From a virus (lineage: Duplodnaviria; Caudoviricetes): DNA of 55,007 nt. The stretch is from IMG/VR virus record IMGVR_UViG_3300037153_000557, positions 1 to 55,007 of that record; one strand, given 5' to 3'. Shown here in pieces: positions 50,306 through 55,007 of the stretch; the first letter of the stretch is position 1; each line of letters opens with the position of its first letter. The notes beneath the pieces are model-generated. The model was not told the origin of the DNA and did not search any database. It was given only the letters and a program-made list of their open reading frames with translations. The position numbers and the translations under genes were made by a program.

Positions 50306-51623
50306 AGCCCTTGGCGGTGCTCTAGAAGCTTGGAAGTCAGGCCATAAAGAGACGCTTCTGTGTGGTCCGGCTGGCACTGGCAAGAGTCGTGCCATTCTTC
50401 AAAAGCTTCACTTCTGTGCGCAAAAATACCCCGGCATGCGCGGCCTCATCACCAGAAAAACACGACATAGCATCTCACAGACAGCTATGGTGACTTTTGA
50501 AAAGAAAGTCTTACCTGCTGGCTGGCTCGACAAATACGTGCATTTCAACACGACTGAGCAACAGTATGAGTATGTGAATGGCTCAATCATTGCTGTTGGT
50601 GGCATGGATAAACCCTCTAAGGTGATGAGTTCCGAGTGGGACATGATTTACCCGCAAGAGGCGACCGAACTGCTAGAAGAGGACTGGCAAGCTCTCACTA
50701 CCAGACTTAGAAATGGTGTGATGCCCTACCAGCAACTCATAGGTGACTGCAATCCCTCCTATCCTAATCACTGGCTCAAGATCCGTTGCGACAAGAAAAT
50801 TACCCGTCTCATCCACTCCAAGCACACAGATAACCCAAGTGTCACGAAAGCTTATCTCGACACGCTGAACAACCTCCAAGGTGTGATGAGGGACCGTCTC
50901 TTGCTTGGCATTTGGGCGGCTGCAGACGGCCTTGTCTACGATGAGTGGAACCCTGCTATCCACATCGTCACGAAAAAGCAACTCATTGACTGGAATATCT
51001 TCCATCCTGATGGGACATTCAACAAGTGGAAAATCAAACGGTTCGTCGCGGGCGTTGACTGGGGATACACAAACCCTGGAGTGATCAATGTGTTTGCGGT
51101 GGACAATGATGATCGGCTTTATCTGCTCAGGGAAGTCTACCGGACGAGGAAAAGGATTGATTGGTGGGTAGAGCAAGCCCAGGCGCTGGACAGGGAATTT
51201 GGGGGAATTGATGAGTGGATATGTGATCCGTCTGAGCCTGCTTATATTTCTGATTTCAGTTCTGTAGGGCTCAACGCCTTTGGAGCTGACAACGATATCA
51301 TACCCGGCGTTGATGCAATGAAAGAGCGGCTAGAGGTGATTGGTGACGGGCGTGCAAGGCTTTATGTCTATGAGTTCTCTTTGCCAGAACGAGACGCGCT
51401 ACGCGACAATGACCACAAACCCGTGTGCTTTGAGAACGAGATCAACGCCTATGTATGGCCTAAGCAGAAGGATGGACAGCCTGTAAAGGAGGTACCTGTG
51501 AAGCTAGAGGATCACAGCCTGGACAATACCCGGTATGTCTGTAAACAGCTCAAAAGTGATAGTAGCATTCATTCTATCGATGTTGATACCGTTAATGCAT
51601 TACAGAGTTACGTAGGATACTAA
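50235..51623 (+). CDS. terL: terminase large subunit (PBSX-like)
   Basis: GPAGTGKS, QEATE, DCNP, DNP, GVDWG, CDPSEP, DHSLD..RY. Confidence 0.92.
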   Translation: MVTKPYLIQNHNKIQVTKDNRPYRALGGALEAWKSGHKETLLCGPAGTGKSRAILQKLHFCAQKYPGMRGLITRKTRHSISQTAMVTFEKKVLPAGWLDKYVHFNTTEQQYEYVNGSIIAVGGMDKPSKVMSSEWDMIYPQEATELLEEDWQALTTRLRNGVMPYQQLIGDCNPSYPNHWLKIRCDKKITRLIHSKHTDNPSVTKAYLDTLNNLQGVMRDRLLLGIWAAADGLVYDEWNPAIHIVTKKQLIDWNIFHPDGTFNKWKIKRFVAGVDWGYTNPGVINVFAVDNDDRLYLLREVYRTRKRIDWWVEQAQALDREFGGIDEWICDPSEPAYISDFSSVGLNAFGADNDIIPGVDAMKERLEVIGDGRARLYVYEFSLPERDALRDNDHKPVCFENEINAYVWPKQKDGQPVKEVPVKLEDHSLDNTRYVCKQLKSDSSIHSIDVDTVNALQSYVGY

Positions 51624-51624
51624 A

Positions 51625-53313
51625 ATGGGGATAGGAAGCTTTATGTCAAACGTTTTCAATGCTGCTCAAGTGGGCTGGCAAGCGGCTCGACGCGCCTATG
51701 ATGAGCCGAACATGGGCAATCAATACCGCTCGTTTTATCGCAGAATAAGTGAGTACGACTTGCTTTGGTCCTACTACAATAGCTCAGCTTTTGATCGTGC
51801 CGCTCGTTTCCTCAACAACCAGATAGCAGGCGGCTATTATGGCCCCTACCTCTGGGATCGCTACAAAGCGAATTACAACCTCTATCGCAATATTCGCTTG
51901 ATCTACAATCCTACCACCCGCTTAGTCAACTTCTATGCTGGCCAAGTCTATCCTGGTGTCCTCTCTGAAGATGGGAGCAAGCTACCTGACGGCGTGCCAC
52001 TGGCTATTCCATTCTCAGATGACACATCACCTGCTCTCAGAAGTGCTATAGCCCAGATTTGGCAGTGGTCAAACTGGCAACAAAAGAAAGCGGTTGAGGT
52101 TCGCTATTGCGCAGCCCTTGGGAGTGTGCTAGTAGAAGTTGAGGATGATCTTGACCGGGGGAAAGTCTGTTTGTCTGTGTGCTGGCCTGGAACTGTGGTA
52201 GATCTCGATCTAGACAATGCTGGCAACGTCAAATCATATACAATAGAGTATTACACGTATGAAGATGGAGTAGGCCAATACAGGTACAAGAAGACAGTTG
52301 ATCAGCAGTATTTCAGGTATTTTAAAGATGACGAGCCTTTTGACTATGGCTACGGAGCTGTAGTCGAAAATCCATATGGGTTTGTCCCTGCTGTGTGGAT
52401 CAAGCATTCAGATATGGGAGGTGATCATGGTGCTCCTGTCATCTCAGGGACAATGGGCAAGATAGATGAGCTGAACAATCTAGCTAGCCATGTGCATGAT
52501 CAAATTCACAAGGTGATCGGGGCTCCTTTGCTCATCTCTTCAAAGTCTAAAATCACCAATCTCTTCAGCACCCAGAAACGCGGCCCGACATCTGATTTCT
52601 TAGAACCTTCTACTGATCAGGAAAGCGTGCTTATGCTGGCCGGGCCTGAGGACGCAAAAGCGCAAACGCTGGCAGGTGACTTGAACTTAGCTGATGCTGC
52701 TCTCCACATGGATCGGATTATCACTGAGATTGAGAACGATCATCCTGAGCTGAGCTTCTACAAAGAGTTGAGAACGATGTCACAAGTCACTGGACCAGGC
52801 GCTCAACGCATGATGGGTGATGTAGAGCAGCTCGTGATAGAGGCTCAAGCTGGCTATGATCTGCAGAATATCAAGCTGTTTCAGATGGCAGTCGCTATGG
52901 CTGGCTTCAGAGCGAATAGTGGCAATTGGGGACCGCTCAACTCACAACAGCAGAAGTTTGCACCGTTCAACCTGGATAGTTATGAGGCTGGTGATTTAGA
53001 GATGGCTATCATGCCGAGGCCTTTGCTCAATTCCACAAAATTGGAGCGTGCCCAGGAGAATTTGGCAATATGGACAGGTGTCCAAGCGGCGGCTAATGCT
53101 GGTGTACCGCTCGAATTTGTGCTAGAGCAAGAGGGATGGACACCACAAGAGCTGAAAAAGCTTGCACAGGCGAAACAGAAGCAAGATCAGGCAGATCAAG
53201 CCAAATTTGAACAGCAGCAGAAGGTGATAGCACAAAACCAACCTTCTCAGGATGGCAACCAACAAGAGCAGAATGATCAGCAGAATAAGCAACCGATAGG
53301 CCAGAAAGGATAG
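51625..53313 (+). CDS. portal protein
   Basis: 562 aa directly after TerL; ENPYGFVP motif. Confidence 0.8.
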   Translation: MGIGSFMSNVFNAAQVGWQAARRAYDEPNMGNQYRSFYRRISEYDLLWSYYNSSAFDRAARFLNNQIAGGYYGPYLWDRYKANYNLYRNIRLIYNPTTRLVNFYAGQVYPGVLSEDGSKLPDGVPLAIPFSDDTSPALRSAIAQIWQWSNWQQKKAVEVRYCAALGSVLVEVEDDLDRGKVCLSVCWPGTVVDLDLDNAGNVKSYTIEYYTYEDGVGQYRYKKTVDQQYFRYFKDDEPFDYGYGAVVENPYGFVPAVWIKHSDMGGDHGAPVISGTMGKIDELNNLASHVHDQIHKVIGAPLLISSKSKITNLFSTQKRGPTSDFLEPSTDQESVLMLAGPEDAKAQTLAGDLNLADAALHMDRIITEIENDHPELSFYKELRTMSQVTGPGAQRMMGDVEQLVIEAQAGYDLQNIKLFQMAVAMAGFRANSGNWGPLNSQQQKFAPFNLDSYEAGDLEMAIMPRPLLNSTKLERAQENLAIWTGVQAAANAGVPLEFVLEQEGWTPQELKKLAQAKQKQDQADQAKFEQQQKVIAQNQPSQDGNQQEQNDQQNKQPIGQKG

Positions 53314-53316
53314 AGC

Positions 53317-53514
53317 GTGGCTAAAGAGCAACTCAAGTGGCAACCAGTGATGATTGTGACAAACAAGCGTCTTGAATGTGCGTGTGGCTCATTAGCTATA
53401 TTTGTCACTGGTAAAGTGCCTCTTCCTCTCAGACACGACGATGAGTACAACAGCCTGGAAGATGTGGATGTATGGTGTCAAGACTGTTTTCAGAAGTATC
53501 AGGAGCAAGAATAG
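53317..53514 (+). CDS. hypothetical protein
   Basis: CxC/CxxC; in operon. Confidence 0.45.
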   Translation: MAKEQLKWQPVMIVTNKRLECACGSLAIFVTGKVPLPLRHDDEYNSLEDVDVWCQDCFQKYQEQE

Positions 53515-53778
53515 ATGCACTACACAACCGTAACCGTAGGCCTTGTAGAAGGCCATGAAACAGAGGGTATCAACGGAGCTATAGCACAAGGTCTCAACGA
53601 GCTTTCGCAGGAGGTTAACGGCCCTATAGAGCTTGTGAACGTTGTCCCTGTGCCTATGCCAGATGGGAAGCTCTGTTTCATCATTATGGCAAGGCAGTAT
53701 GAGCCACCGATGCCAGTAGTGGCTGCGCAGGCGGTTATTAACGATGTTTTATTGAGAGAGAGTTTCAGAAAGCAATGA
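53515..53778 (+). CDS. hypothetical protein
   Basis: In operon. Confidence 0.45.
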   Translation: MHYTTVTVGLVEGHETEGINGAIAQGLNELSQEVNGPIELVNVVPVPMPDGKLCFIIMARQYEPPMPVVAAQAVINDVLLRESFRKQ

Positions 53779-53824
53779 ACATTCTGTCATACTCTTGACA
53801 ACATGTAGAAAGGTAAGCTAAACT

Positions 53825-54445
53825 ATGAATGTAACACCACAGAACGCTGATCCCAACGGTCAGACACCTCCAGGATCAACTCCGGGCCAGACGCCCACGA
53901 CACCGAACGGTCAGACACCGAACGGACAACTACAGCAAAAGACCACTATGGACAGTTTGCCTCCTGATATACAGGACTATATCAGGGATTTGCGCAAAGA
54001 GTCTGAAGCCAGCAGGAAAGCACTTGAAGCTAAGCTAAAGGCAGATGAAGAAAAAGATCAGCAGGAGAAAATCAAGCAAGGCGAATGGCAGAAAGTAGCT
54101 GAACAGCGTGATTTACGTGTCAAGGAACTTGAGCCCGTCAAAGAACGCTATGACGCTCTCTCAACACTTCTAGCCGATCAAATCAAAGCCCAAGTCAAGG
54201 ACTGGCCAAAAGAGGTCAAAGACTTGCTCCCAAGCGATGATACTCCAATAGAAGTGCGCTATAGCCAAGTTCAAAAGCTTCAAGCTCTTGCCAAGCAATT
54301 GACCGATCAAGCACAAGCTCAGCAACGTGCAAATCTTCCAGGCAACACGCCCGGCCCGCGTCAAGTCAATCAAGAGCAGTCGAGAGACCAGCAAAAAGAA
54401 GAGTTTCGCTTGAGACGTGTGAGAAGTGGGCAGTACGGCCTCTAA
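53825..54445 (+). CDS. capsid scaffolding protein
   Basis: NGQTP repeats, IRDLRKES..R, coiled coil, QGEWQKVAE. Confidence 0.75.
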   Translation: MNVTPQNADPNGQTPPGSTPGQTPTTPNGQTPNGQLQQKTTMDSLPPDIQDYIRDLRKESEASRKALEAKLKADEEKDQQEKIKQGEWQKVAEQRDLRVKELEPVKERYDALSTLLADQIKAQVKDWPKEVKDLLPSDDTPIEVRYSQVQKLQALAKQLTDQAQAQQRANLPGNTPGPRQVNQEQSRDQQKEEFRLRRVRSGQYGL

Positions 54446-54500
54446 AAACTGAATTCAATAATCACCTTTTGACCGCTCTTTACAAGCGGGAAAGGAGAAT

Positions 54501-54905
54501 ATGGCAGCAATCGCAAAGAGCGGCACCCCGTCGCTCTCTTCAATGAATCTTGACCCGGGGGCGCAAAAGCTTCCTGCATTAATTGCCGGGGAGGATCTTC
54601 AGGCGGGGGACGCGTGCTACATCAAGGGCTCTGATGGCCTTGTCTACCGCTCGACAGGCGCAGCCGCCAATGCAGCGGCAAAAGTACGCGGTTTTGCACC
54701 AACAAAAATCCTCTCCGGTGAGCCTGTCTCTCTCATCTTCAACGTGTCCATGAACTATGGCTCCGGTCTGACGCCTGGTACTGATGCGTATCTTAGTGGT
54801 ACCACAGCAGGCGGATTAGATAGTGCCACAAGTACAGGTGGCACAGCTCCTATTGGCTTTGTAATTGATGCAACACGTATCTATTTGCATCAAAGCAGGT
54901 ACTAG
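54501..54905 (+). CDS. capsid decoration/cement protein
   Basis: AGEDLQAGD..YI, GLTPG..YLS.T.G; between scaffold and major capsid genes. Confidence 0.7.
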   Translation: MAAIAKSGTPSLSSMNLDPGAQKLPALIAGEDLQAGDACYIKGSDGLVYRSTGAAANAAAKVRGFAPTKILSGEPVSLIFNVSMNYGSGLTPGTDAYLSGTTAGGLDSATSTGGTAPIGFVIDATRIYLHQSRY

Positions 54906-54907
54906 GA

Positions 54908-55007
54908 GAGGTACCCCTAAGATCCTTGTAAAAATGTGCATTAGTGTACCTTTGTTCTAAAAGTGCCAACTTTGCGGCCAAAAAGATGTCAATTTGTGAA
55001 TGGAGAT
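54908..55007. repeat. left 100 bp of the MITE (circularising overlap)
   Basis: Identical to 79-178. Confidence 0.9.

Noticed and set aside
54908-55007. True phage direct terminal repeat
   Set aside because: The match is to 79-178, not position 1, and coincides with the MITE left end, so it is better explained as an assembly overlap
1-55007. tRNA, rRNA or CRISPR loci
   Set aside because: None recognised by eye; tRNAscan and CRISPR finders were not run

Overview
The window is an apparently complete, circularly permuted genome of a temperate siphovirus-like phage of about 55 kb. It also carries plasmid maintenance functions, so it is probably a phage-plasmid. Gene order: capsid/neck/tail (363-13292), lysis (13303-16005), leftward accessory genes with a ParM/ParR/parC-like partition cassette, a DnaJ-domain protein and an FtsK/TraB-like ATPase (16.5-25.8 kb), two paralogous iteron-bearing replication initiators (26.0 and 31.9-33.0 kb), early genes with a Bet recombinase and many HTH regulators, a helicase-ori-primase module (40.6-43.4 kb), a Xer-like recombinase with a dif-like site (47.6-48.6 kb), then terminase, portal, scaffold and decoration genes (49.6-54.9 kb). 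The contig closes through a 268-bp MITE inserted between the decoration and major capsid genes; bases 1-77 probably come from another copy of that MITE. Elements the ORF track does not show: a 252-nt group I intron splitting a tail-fibre-type gene, an orphan IscB-type omegaRNA element (no iscB) behind a putative late promoter, a -1 frameshift tail chaperone, a twice-repeated structured intergenic motif, a series of antisense promoter-hairpin cassettes (one beside a 30-aa toxin-like peptide), and a C-terminal peptide LNGxRAFSLMR shared by two unrelated proteins. The host is tentatively Ktedonobacteria (Chloroflexota), inferred from recalled resemblance of the omegaRNA element ends. All family calls are by-eye motif recognition; no searches were run.
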